NCBI RefSeq assembly: GCF_039654945.1
Contig: NW_027361679.1
Coordinates: 36,766,001 to 36,830,000, forward strand
Length of the DNA stretch: 64,000 bases
Direction of reading: 5' to 3'
Source: Dendrobates tinctorius
Lineage: Eukaryota
The position numbers and the translations under genes were made by a program. The notes under the pieces are model-generated. The model was given only the letters and a program-made list of their open reading frames with translations, searched no databases and was not told the origin of the DNA. The first letter of the stretch is position 1. Each line of letters starts with the position of its first letter. Of the stretch, positions 35,807-46,905 are shown piece after piece.

Positions 35807-38662
35807 TAACCTTATACCCATTCACCCAGCCCCCTCTTCCCCAGTCCCACTAACAGGAGCCCAATGGAACGCTCGCTCTGTCTGCAACAAACTTTCCTAC
35901 ATCCATGATCTGTTCATTACTCACAAAACTTTCCTTCCTCGCCATCACCGAAACCTGGCTCACCCCCTCTGACACAGCCTCTCCTCCTGTACATTCGTAT
36001 TTTCCTGCTGAGTGGAGATGGAAAAGATCACACTCCAACGAGCACTTCATCGCATTCAAAACAGTCCCTCACTACTTTCAAGGACACACTCGCCAAAGCA
36101 AAAACAAACATACTTCTCTTCCTCATATCACAACCCTAAACAGCTATTCAACACTTTCATCTCTCTCCTGCGTCCCACAGCACCCCCTCCCTCTCCACTC
36201 CTCTCAGCCAAAGACTTTGCCTCATTTTTCAAACAGAAGATTAATAACATCAGAGACAGTTTTGGTCGACAAACCCCAGAGCTCTTCTTCCTAACTGCTC
36301 AGCCGTCCTCCTCCAAAATCAATTTCTCCACCATCACAGAAGATCGACTCTCCACTCTACTCTCAAGATCACAACTCACCACCTGTGGACTTGACCCGAT
36401 CCCATCTCACTTCATCCCAAACCTAACCACAGTCATCATACCAACCCTAACCCATCTCTTCAACCTATCACTAACAACTGGTGTTTTCTCCTCAAGCTTT
36501 AAACATGCCTCAATCACACCTATCCTCAAAAAGCCCTCTCTTGACCCATCCTCTGTATCTAGCTTTCGCCCTATATCACTTCTACCCTATGCCTCAAAAT
36601 TAATGGAACAAAATGTCCATCTCTTACTGTCCTCCCACCTCTCTTCTTGCTCCCTCTTCATCCGCTTACAATCTGGCTCCCGGCCGCATCACTCCACTGA
36701 AACTGCCTGAACTAAAGTCACAATAACCTATTAACTGCCAAAGCCAAGCAGCACTACTCTGTCCTCTTCCTTCTGGACTTGACACAGTGGACCATTCCCT
36801 ATTACTACAGACTCTCATCTCTTGGCATCACTGACTTGGCACTATCTCGGATCTCTTCATACCTATCAGACACCACCTCCCCGCCTCGCCCCATATCTGC
36901 CGGAGTCCCGCAAGGTTCAGTCCTAGGGCCCCCTGCTCTTCTCCATTTACACCTTCGGCCTCGGACAGCTCATAGAATCTCACAACTTTCAGTATCACCT
37001 CTAAGCTGATAACACACAGATCTACATCTCTGGACCAGATATCCCCTCCCTACTGACCAGAATCCCATAATGTCTGTCTGCTATTTCATCCTTCTTCTCC
37101 GCTAGATTTGTAAAACCTAATATGGACAAAACAGAATTCATCATCTTTCTCCCATCTCACTTGACCCTATCCATTAAAGTAAATGGCTGCTCACTCTCCC
37201 CAGTCCCGCAAGCTCGCTGCCTCGGGGTAATCCTTGACACTGATCTCTCCTTCAAGCCACATATCCAAGCCCTTTCCATTTCCTGCCGACTTCAACTCAA
37301 AAACATTTCCCGTATCCGTACAGTCCTCAACTAAGAATCTGCAAAAACCCTAATCCATGTCCTCATCTCCCGCCTCGACTACTGCAAGCTCCTGCTCTGA
37401 ATCCCAATTACACAAAAACTCAAGTTCAAAACCCTAACCATGTTATCCAAAGCCATCCACAACCTGTGTCCTCCATACATCTGTGACCTCGTCTCCTGGT
37501 ACTTACCTGCACGCAACCTCCGATCCTCACAAGGTCTCCTTCTCGACTCCCCTCTTATCTCCTCTTCCCACAATCGCATACAAGTTTTCTTCCGTGCATC
37601 ACCCCTACTCTGGAATTCTCTACCACAACATATCAGACTCTCATCTACCTTGGAAACCTTCAAAAAGAACCTGAAAACCTACAACCTGCAGTAACCACCG
37701 ATCAACCAAACCACTGTATGACCAGCTCGACCCTTGCCTACTGAATCCTCACCCATCCCTTGTAGATTGTGAGCCCTCGCGGGCAGGGTCCTCTCTCATC
37801 CTGTACCAGTCGTGATTTGTGTTAAGATTACTGTACTTGTTTTTATTATGTATACCCCTCACATGTTAAGCTCCATAAAATAAATGGCGCTAGAATAAAT
37901 AACGGTTGTTTCAGGCTCTATGCACGTCATGTTTTAGAGGTCAACTTTCCTGTATGCTTTATTCTTCAGAAATGTGTTTTCCCTTTCCATTGGGTTGTGA
38001 GCAGCTTTCCTGAATGTGAAGTAAACGTAGCATTGACCTTCCAACAGTCTGCTGCAATATGGCCCTGTGCCTTTATCAGGCCTTGAAGAATGCACTTTAG
38101 CAGCGAAACAATTCATACTTAAATCATGGCTGTTTTCTTAACAAAAAATGCATTTCATGAATATTCAAGCGCTGGCTCAAAACTGCACTGTCAGTGTGGA
38201 CTAGTCACAGTATGCACCGACAATGACACAAGCAAAAAAAGAAGTGAACAGGTACATGCCTACTGTAACCGAAACATAAATGAGCCCCCAAACTGACGTC
38301 AATGATGACCTAACGTTTGAGCCTGATGAAGGCAAGATGGAGTTTCGAAATGATCATCACAAGAGTAAAAAACAAAAAAAAAAAAAACTCTGAAAGTTTT
38401 AAGGGGCTACAATAGCAGCACAAACACATTTGTTAATAAATGTATGGAACAAACATACTTAAAAAGAGAACCTGTCATGAGGATGTTACACTGTGTGCAC
38501 AATCATTGAGCAGGTAACTATTTTTACCATATCATCATGCAGATCCCAGCTCCAAGCTGTATAAACAATGCTTATTGGATGAAGCAGGTCAGGTGATGTG
38601 TATTTGTGTAATAGGGAGGGTGCAGCCCAAGGATATCATCAACCAGAAGCCAAAGCAGAATT

Positions 38663-39420
38663 ACCTTATATACTGGAGTATAAGCAGACCCAAGTATAAG
38701 CCGAGGAACCTAATTTTGAGACGAAAAACTGGGTAAGCTTATTGACTCAAGTATAAGTCGGGTATGCATTGTCCCCTCATCCCTGTCCTGGTATGCATGA
38801 CTCCCTAGCCTTGCAAGAATGGCTCCAGGGTCCCTGTCCTGGTATTCATGGCTCCCCGTCCCTGATCTGGTATTCATGGCTCCCCGTCCCTGATCTGCTA
38901 TGCATGGCTCCCCCATCGCTGTCCTTGTATGCATGGCTCCTTATCCCCCATCATTGTATGTATGTTTCCTATTTAAAAAAAAAAAACCTACTTACCTTGC
39001 CTGCGCGCCCCCGATGCATCTCGTTACGGCGTCAGCAGCTCTTCCTGCCGAGTGATCACATGGTCCTGCTCATTAAGGTAATGAATATTCACTCCACGCC
39101 TAATGGAGTGAAGAGGCGTGCATATAATGAGCGGGGCCACGTGATCGTTCGGCAGGAAAAGCTGCTGGTGCTGGAACCAACAAGATGCAGCGAGGGCACG
39201 CAGGAAGGCAAGTAGGAAGTCTTCTGGAAGCCGGCGGCTGCGGGTGTCACTGTGCTCACTATAAAAGAGAAATGAATATTAATTTCTCTTTAGCAGCAGG
39301 CACAGTTACAGCAGCTCGCTCCTGCTTCCTGTGATCCGCTGCTCCAAGCCCCCCCTCCCCTGCCAGCATTCTGGATAACTGCCCCTTGTATAAGCTGGGG
39401 GGGGGGGGGGGGGGCTGGCG
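38663..39420. mobile_element. Tigger/pogo-type MITE (partial)
   Basis: Left end taccttatatactggagtataagcagaccc; same family as 41000-41918. Confidence 0.6.
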
Positions 39421-39684
39421 GGGGCGGGGGAATTGCTAAGATATTGGGGCGTGATCACAGAATAATCAAGAGAGTTTGTACAAATACTCAATAGGATCGC
39501 AAAAAACATGTTTAAAAAAAAAAGACTCATTAAGCGCCAGAGGATAGAGAAGAACCGAGACCCCCTTGGAGAGCTCAGAAGTACAAGGTGATCAGAGACA
39601 TGGCCAAGGAAAGGAAAGCTGAAACCCGACCACCACTGATCAAGATACAGAAGATAAAACAGCAAGACTGGGCCAAATATATCT

Positions 39685-40265
39685 TTGTACTAGGTTAGCC
39701 AGTAGATAGAAAAATATTGAAATTTGAGAGTCCTTAGTGGTTGATGCTTTTTATAGCCAACTGAAAAGATGATAAATAGCAACTTTCTAGACTACTCAGG
39801 TCTCTACATAAAGAATATTATAACACAAAATCTGAAGAGTCTGAGAGTACAAATTTGTGGCAACCTTTGACACACTCAGCTCAAAAATTAAGGTGTAGCA
39901 TGGATTTAGGTCTTAGTTTCTACACCAATTAAGAAATATGCTCCTCAGACCTTTTGGGGGCATCACAACCCTGGACCAGACCTCAGAGGACAATAACATT
40001 TTCACTCTCCTTAGCTATGAACAGATCCAATATTTACTGCCACAATTGTTTCTCTCCTTCCCATACTGATCTGCTTTGTGTCAATTCTCTTATTTACTGC
40101 ATTTTTCCAGTGTACTGTTGTGTATAAATGTGTGACTTCAGATTATACTATGCCTGATGTGGAGACCTACGTAGTCTCGAAAGCTTGCTATTGAAATCAC
40201 TATCTTTTCAGTTAACCATTAAAAAAGTATCAATCACCGAGGACTTTTGAATTTCAATATTTTTC
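39685..40265. mobile_element. Penelope-like element fragment with an inverted terminal copy and a degenerate hammerhead core
   Basis: 39708-39840 is inverted relative to 40135-40265. About 20-bp degenerate TSD aagaytgg(g)ccaa(g)atatatct. Contains cctgatgtggagacctacgtagtctcgaaagctt. Confidence 0.7.
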
Positions 40266-40999
40266 AAGATTGGCCAAGATATATCTGAAGACAGGTTTTT
40301 CAAAGGTTCTATGGAACGGTGAGATGAGAGTGACTCTTGACAGCTGAGCTGTGGAGCCGGTAAGCCAAACCTCCGACTCCTCAATTTTCTTGACTCCCGA
40401 CGCCGAGTCCCCAGTACTACCTCACTACTGAGCATGTACATGACATGCAGCACAGACTTATCTCAGCTAAAAGCCGAGATCCTTACATCAGGAACAGACC
40501 TTTATAGGACAATTCATAACTTTCCAAAATTCTTATGAAAAGATATACAGCACATCCTGCATTGTACTACTGCACCCAATTTATTATATATTTTAGGAGT
40601 CTGAGTCGGTACATTCTATACAGATTCCACATCCTTGCCTGACAGACCAGACGGACTGGCCAGTGGCTGGATCAGTAATGGTCACAGACCTCCACTTCAA
40701 CTTGGACACCTGCAAGGTGGAGGTGGAATATTGCTACAAACTAGTATTATTAACGATGAGCTTGTTGGACCTTTCATCAAGGCATCAGGAATTCACTCAC
40801 CTGTGCAACACTATAGAAATCCTGAAAACATGACCTGTGGGAGGCCGTGAGGGCTGTAATTTGGGAAACATTGCTCCAATGAACGGGATATTAGTCGCCA
40901 TTACAATCATTAAAATTGTGCTAAACTACATAAAAGATATTTGACATGCCTTGCCACCAAGTGTTTGATCATATTGGATAGTATAGCAAATAACACTTA

Positions 41000-41918
41000 C
41001 CCGCATATACTCGCGTATAAGCCGAGATTTTCAGCCCATATGCACATATTCATGAGTTTAATGAGCGGTACCAAGTGACTGCTGAAGGAGCCCGAGATCG
41101 GGAGAAGCAGGGCTGCAGAGACCGCACCAGGAGGGGGTGAGTATATGCAATATTCACCTGTCCCCGGACCATCGCTGCATCGTACTCTGTCCTCTGGCTG
41201 TGATGTTCAGGTCAGAGGGCGCGGTGACGTAGTTAGCTCGCGCTGCGCCCTCTGTCTGAACAGTCACTGACAGAAGACCAGGAAGAGACAGAGCGGCATG
41301 CCGCAATGGAGCGGGGACAGGTGAATATCGCAGGTGCTGTGCTGGGGCCCTCAGCCAGCGGTGACACCGGCACCTGTCCCCGCCTGCTCAGGGCCCCAGC
41401 ACCTGGCCCTCAGCAATGGAGAAGTGAGTATGTCTTTTTTTTTTTTTTTCTTTTTTATTTGTAGCAGCCGCATTTGGGGGCATAATCTATGGGGCAGCAT
41501 AATCTATGGAGAATTTTATGGGGGATAATCTATGGAGCATCTCATGAAGCATCTTATGGAGCATCTTTGGGGGCATAATCTATGGAACATTTTATGGAGC
41601 AGCATATGGGGCATATTCTATGGAGCATCTTATGGGGCCATTATTAACCTTTGTTCAGCATTATATGGGATGTATTTTGTATGGAGCATCTTGAACTGTA
41701 TGAAGAATTATATGGGGCTCCTGATTCAATATGGATATTCAGAAACATTTAACCTACTGATGTCTCAATTTTATTTTGATTGGTATCTATTTCTATTTTT
41801 GAAATTTACCAGTAGCGGCTGCATTTTCCACCCTAGGCTTATACTCGAGTCAATACGTTTTCCCAGGTTTTTTTTTTGCAAAGTTGGGGGGGGTCAGCTT
41901 ATACACGAGTATATACGG
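41000..41918. mobile_element. Tigger/pogo-type MITE with a degenerate internal minisatellite
   Basis: TA|cccgcatatactcgcgtataagc ... gcttatacacgagtatatacgg|TA. Confidence 0.85.
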
Positions 41919-42129
41919 TAAATAAGAGGTTATGTTTTCCTGATGAATAATCGTGTATAGACCAAGGGCGTACTCTGGAGACACAGAGCAGGAAAATCAG
42001 GCTAGCTACATGGGACACAAGGGTCTGCTTGCACAATAAAAGAGCATTACACAATGAAAGGCCCTGAAGACCCTGCATTATTTGGACAATAGGTAAAGTG
42101 CTCCAGTCTGACAACTCTGCCCCTGGTAA

Positions 42130-42714
42130 GGCCTTTTTCAAATTTCCGTTTGTTGCCTGTCAAAATCCGCCGTTTTGCAAAAAAAAAAACGGATCAGCCA
42201 TTTTTTTTGGCGGATCCGTTTTTTTTCTCATTGACTTGCATTAACGGCGGATTTTGACGGATGGTCATCCATTGGATCAGTTTTTTGATGGATCCGCCAT
42301 AATTTTGGCGTCCGCTGACTTCAGTGGACGGACACTGAAATGTTTTGTCTGCGTCACAATAGTGGATACCAACGGATCCGCCGCTATCCGCCATTCGTTA
42401 TAATGGTCGCCTATGGGCGGTGGAACCGTTGCCAACCGTTTATTGATGGAATCTGGCAACGGATCCGCTTTATGACATTGAGCATGCCCGGAATAATTCT
42501 CTTGCCAGAAATTTAACCCCAAATCTCTCTCTCTCCCCCCTTTTATTTTTTCCAGAGTCGTGTTCCTTTAAAATTCCACCACTAGCTGATAATGCGGATC
42601 CATCAAAGAAACGGATCCAGTGGCCTCAGTTTGTGCCACAACGGAAACAGACCCGTTTTTTCACATTCTGACAGATTTCAACTGATGTCAAAAAACTCAA
42701 GTGTGAAACAGGCC
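42130..42714. mobile_element. Harbinger-type MITE with GGATCCG repeats
   Basis: TAA|ggcctttttca...gtgtgaaacaggcc|TAA. A second small MITE follows at 42718-42820. Confidence 0.8.
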
Positions 42715-43652
42715 TAAGCCCTCCTTCACATGTCTCTGCTTAAACGCATACGTGAAAAAACAGCTCTGGTAAAAAAGAAACGGATACCACACAATGGAAA
42801 CACAGACGTGTGATGGGGCCTAACTTCCAGTATAGAACAGTTATCCGCCGTGGGCTGATGGGCTTAAAGAGGAAGTACCTTCCCTTAGATAATTTAACTA
42901 ACACTGTCATCTCATACTTAAGGGGTTAAATAGCTATGATCAGTTCTAACATTAATCATGGTTGTTGCAGCACTGTCAGCTATGATGTATAGCTGCCACC
43001 TGCTGATGGTTACAGTGTGATTGTGAACCGGCGAATTCATTGTGGCGTACATGTACGGCCATTTGTGGGAGACCACATCCCACTGCGCCGTACATGTACA
43101 GCAAATGTCAGGAAGGGGTTAAAAAAAAAAAATTCACCCACTACCAGCGACTACATACTGCTCTCTGACACACTGCTTTGGCCTGCTCTGCAGTGCAATT
43201 AGCGGCAGATGGGCCGTGTGTTTGAGACCACTGCCACAGATGAAATGTCACCGATGTTGCAGCATGCTTTATGCTACTTTCACACATCAGGTTTTCGGCG
43301 TCAGGCGCGATCCGGCGTCGTGCCGGAATGCCGGATCCGGCAAATGTTTTGTAAAACCTGAAGTGCCGGATCCGGTTTTCTGCCGGATCCGTCTTGTTCT
43401 TGACAGACAAAACCGGATCCGTCTCATCCGGTTCATCCGTTTTTCGACGGATTACGCCGGATCCGGTTTTTAAAATTGACCCTTGTGGCCTTCCGAACGG
43501 GATTGGCTACTGGAAAACTAGATATAGCATGTTCCTACAGCCCTTCTTTGACAGGTTGTAGAGAAGAAAGTGCAGGTTGGAGAGAAGAGCAAGTTACTGG
43601 CGAAGATTGATGTTGTCATTGGAAATATTACCACTAGAAGTTCTGTGACGGT

Positions 43653-43721
43653 TTCAGGGACAATTTTCCACTATACTTTATGTCACCTCAAGGCAGAGTA
43701 CACTGGGATGACAGAGTGTGA
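43653..43721 (+). pseudogene. Harbinger transposase C-terminal stub
   Basis: FRDNFPLYFMSPQGRVHWDDRV* resembles the RD.F..YF.S..G.V.W end of Harbinger transposases. Convergent with the MADF gene. Confidence 0.65.
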
Positions 43722-44213
43722 AAGATTTGTGCCCTAAACTTGTGTACCTTCTGGACCAACAGTATATACCTTTGCCAACCAAAGTTGGCTATCTTGTCAT
43801 GGTCTTACTATTTTTACCTTTAGGCCACAGGTGTGTACCTGGTTGTGTTTTATGCAAAGTATTTCACCTTTTAACAAAAGTTGTGTACATTGGTAGGAAA
43901 TCACCAACAATAAACACAACTTTTTAGGTGAAATACTTTGCTTCAAACACAACCAGGAACACAACTGTGGCAAAAAGCTAAAATTTACCCACAGTTATAT
44001 ACCTGGTTTTGAATACCTTTTTACCTTTGAAATACCCTGCATTTAACCTTTTTTTAAAACATAGTTCGCCGCAGAAAGAAATGACAGACAACCATTGTGA
44101 AACGATAATTTAACTTTTATTTAAATTTTTTTTTTGTTTGTTTTTAAAGTGCAAAAAACTTTTTTAATAAAGGTTTTAAACCCAATGGGCATTTTTATTA
44201 CAACAAAAAAACA

Positions 44214-46864
44214 TTACAAATCTGTGTACTGTGGGGTGGAAATACTGCTGGAGGGGCTGCGGGACACTTCTACACTGGGTGTGTGGAGAGAGGACTGGGA
44301 TCGTGGTGGGGAAGGAACAGTTAGAGGTGAAGGTGTGGAAAAAGCTACAGAATGGGTGGACATGTGGGAGGCAGAAGAGGTGGTGGGCGGTGGAGTGGAG
44401 GGTTGGGCATGGACTGTAGGAGCAGATGATGTTGATGGAAAGTTGTATGGGGAAGGAGTTTGGTACGGGGAAGGAGTTTGGTACGGGGAAGGAGTTTGGT
44501 ACGGGGAAGGAGTTTGGTACGGGGAAGGAGTTTGGTACGGGGAAGGAGTTTGGTACGGGGAAGGAGTTTGGTACGGGGAAGGAGTTTGGTACGGGGAAGG
44601 AGTTTGGTACGGGGAAGGAGTTTGGTACGGGGAAGGAGTTTGGTACGGGGCAGGTTGCTGGAAGTGGGGAGATGTCTGGTACTGGTGAGGTTGCTGGTAT
44701 GTAATAGGAGGGGGAGGATGGAAAGTGGCTGGAGGGGGTGCAGATGTAATAGGAGGGGGAGGATGGAAAGTGGCTGGAGGGGGTGCAGGTGGAGGAACTA
44801 CAGTGGTGGGAGGTGGAGGTTGGGAGGTAACCTGCTGTAGAGCACCGTGGCACGAATGCATTACATGCATCTGCTGGGTAGGAGATAGTGTTGCCATGCA
44901 CTCCACAACAGACCTGAAAAAGGTGTGGTTTGGCGAAGATCTTGCTTCTGAATGCATGGTTTGCAGAAGTGTCTTCACCTCCAGAATGCTGGAGTTGATC
45001 TGCTGAAAGCCTGCGGAGATTTGCTCTGACAAGACTTTGAGACAGTTCTGGAAAGATGCATTCAGATGCAATAACTCTTGCGCATAACTCTTTTCCTGAC
45101 CCCTCTGCCGCTGCCGCCCAGTACCCGCAGGTGTACTAGAGGCGGCAGGGGCAGAAGGGTGGGGTAAAGGGAAAGCGATCTCCTCACCAGCAGCTTCATG
45201 TAATGTAGGCAGCCACGATGCTCCTGTGCTGGTGGATGGGACAGATGGGTCGAATGTGTGGGAAGGCTGGGAAGGTGCAGATGTACCGGGGCGGTCGAAG
45301 TGTCCCTCGGTGCCGGTCTCCTCAGGGATCGCCTCAGAAGGGTCCAATCGTGCAGGCTCCCGAGTGCTGCTCACCGTGCTGTGTAATAAAGAGAAAAAAA
45401 AACAATTAAAATACTGACATGGTATGGCCCTGGCTGAAAAAAAAAAGTTACATCTAACATTTTTTTCACATGTGGTGTGTAATATTTACCTTCTGGTGAG
45501 CATTGTTTCCCGGAGGAACGACAGGGCTTTTGCGTACTTGTACTTGCTCCTGCGTCCTCCAGATCCACTCGGGGCCCGCATCTCTTTATTGAACTCCTTC
45601 TTGAAACGATCCCTCACAGACCGCCACTGATTCACAATTCTGTTCCCTGAAACGAGAAAGGAGTGGTTAGTATACAACATCAGTGTTTCACAAACTCCAG
45701 TCCTCATGGTCCCCAGGGGTCATGTTTTCAGGATTTCCATAGTAAATAGAAATCCTGAACACATGATCCGTGGGGACCACGAGGACTGGAGTTCGGGAAA
45801 CACTGGTTTACATCAAGCAACCGGTACTGTATATACTTACGCTCTTTAATCTGGGCCCGAGCTTCGAGGTCCTCCCAGCGGCCCACAAGGAGAGAACAGA
45901 TTTCCTCCCAGAGTCGTCGGGTAATGATCAGGTCAGCGTGGCGGCGGTCAGCCATATTCCAGAGCGGCTCCCTTTCTCTGACGAGATCGATGAGGCGGTC
46001 CACATCAATCCCTCCATCCTCACCGTCAGAGTCGGGAGCACGCTGTGAAGGCTGTTAAAGAAAAAGACAAAAATAACATAATTAGCCTCCACAAAAGAAA
46101 TGAAATAAAAAGTGCAAAAAAACAAAGCAAAAATATTTATACTTACACGCTGGTGACCGCCGCGTTGCTGTCGCCGACGACCCTGGGAGGCACTGCGAGG
46201 ACCTCTTGGCCGAGCACCAGATTGGGAAGACTAGAGAAGAAAACAAAAAATGTTATGTCTTTGGATGTAGGCATTTGTTTGCTGTGTGTGGTCTGCAGAA
46301 CATTGTTTTCTATGTGTTGTGTGTAGTGTGATGTTGTGTTTCTGCGTTTGATGCAAAAAACTTACCAATTGTGAGCCCACTCCAGGTGTCTGTCCACCCC
46401 TTCCTTCTTCTTCTGGGAGCTCCTCTTCATCTTGTGATTCCTGTTTTGAAATAAAAGGCAATGAATAGACATATATTACAGAGATGATGGATTTTGGAAA
46501 TAAAAACTTACCGTCAAACGCTGACGATGCGAGGGAGGGCTCCCAGAAGAAGATGTGCTGTCCTGTTGATGGCCAGACTCCATGGCTGTGGGTATTGCTG
46601 CTGCCAGTGATGCCATTTCTGCTGCTGCTGCTGCTGCATCTCTTTGGCGGCTGTTGAATAAAGAGAAACAAAGGGCCAATGAATATCTTGATATTCCATG
46701 GCCCTAGTTTGGAGGAATGGGGGATTTGATAATTACCGTCTCTCATCTGCTTCTGGACTCCCCTCCCGTTCAGCATGCTGCTCCATTTGGGGTGGTGCTG
46801 ATGGTGCTGCTGCTGCAGATGTCTGCTGCCTTCTCCTGCTCCTGGTTCTTGGCTTGGGTGGCAT
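44214..46864 (-). CDS. Predicted 7-exon, 652-aa MADF (Myb/SANT-like) and BESS-like protein. Exons 46737-46864, 46512-46650, 46366-46440, 46147-46230, 45841-46051, 45490-45646, 44214-45378
   Basis: All six introns are GT-AG with pyrimidine tracts and matching phases (2,0,0,0,1,2), with no internal stop. MADF: IDVDRLIDLVREREPLWN...LWEEIC...WRSVRDRF...YKYAKALSFL. BESS-like: PNHTFFRSVVECMATLSPTQQMHVMHSCHGAL. AATAAA near 44194 and 44116. The start codon is less certain than the domains. Confidence 0.85.
44449..44650 (-). repeat. Coding 18-bp tandem repeat, 11 perfect copies, encoding (PYQTPS)n
   Basis: Plus strand ggggaaggagtttggtac x11, inside the last exon. Confidence 0.95.
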
Positions 46865-46895
46865 GTTGGGTGTGGCTGAGGGTCCCATTGTCTTG

Positions 46896-46905
46896 CTTTT
46901 ATATA
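46896..46905 (-). promoter_or_regulatory. Candidate TATA box of the MADF-BESS gene
   Basis: Minus strand TATATAAAAG about 32-41 nt upstream of the ATG at 46864. Confidence 0.5.

Larger units (their letters stand above)
34253..37900 (+). mobile_element. Degenerate L2 LINE (2A-like leader, APE remnant, RT, 3' UTR), interrupted at 34587-35806
   Basis: AGDISLNPVP; WNARSVCNK...LAITETWL; [18 protein letters not shown]. The 3' UTR matches 53742-53970. Confidence 0.9.
38489..40780 (+). mobile_element. Fragmented Tc1-family (TRT/DD37E-like) transposon relic
   Basis: Collinear pieces IAKILGRDHRIIKR (39430), RDMAKERKAETRPPL..QDWAK (39595), YLKTGFSKVLWNGEMRVTLD (40280) and PDGLASGWISNG...GGGG...DELVGPF (40645), separated by insertions. 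Confidence 0.7.

Noticed and set aside
38322-38352. CTGATGA...CGAAA hammerhead-like core
   Set aside because: No convincing stem II, I or III, and no Penelope-like context.
44134-44901. ORFs with (YGEGVW)n, (GKEFGT)n, (VRGRSL)n and (PVPNSF)n
   Set aside because: These are alternative-frame or antisense shadows of the 18-bp repeat. Only the PYQTPS frame joins the spliced MADF gene.
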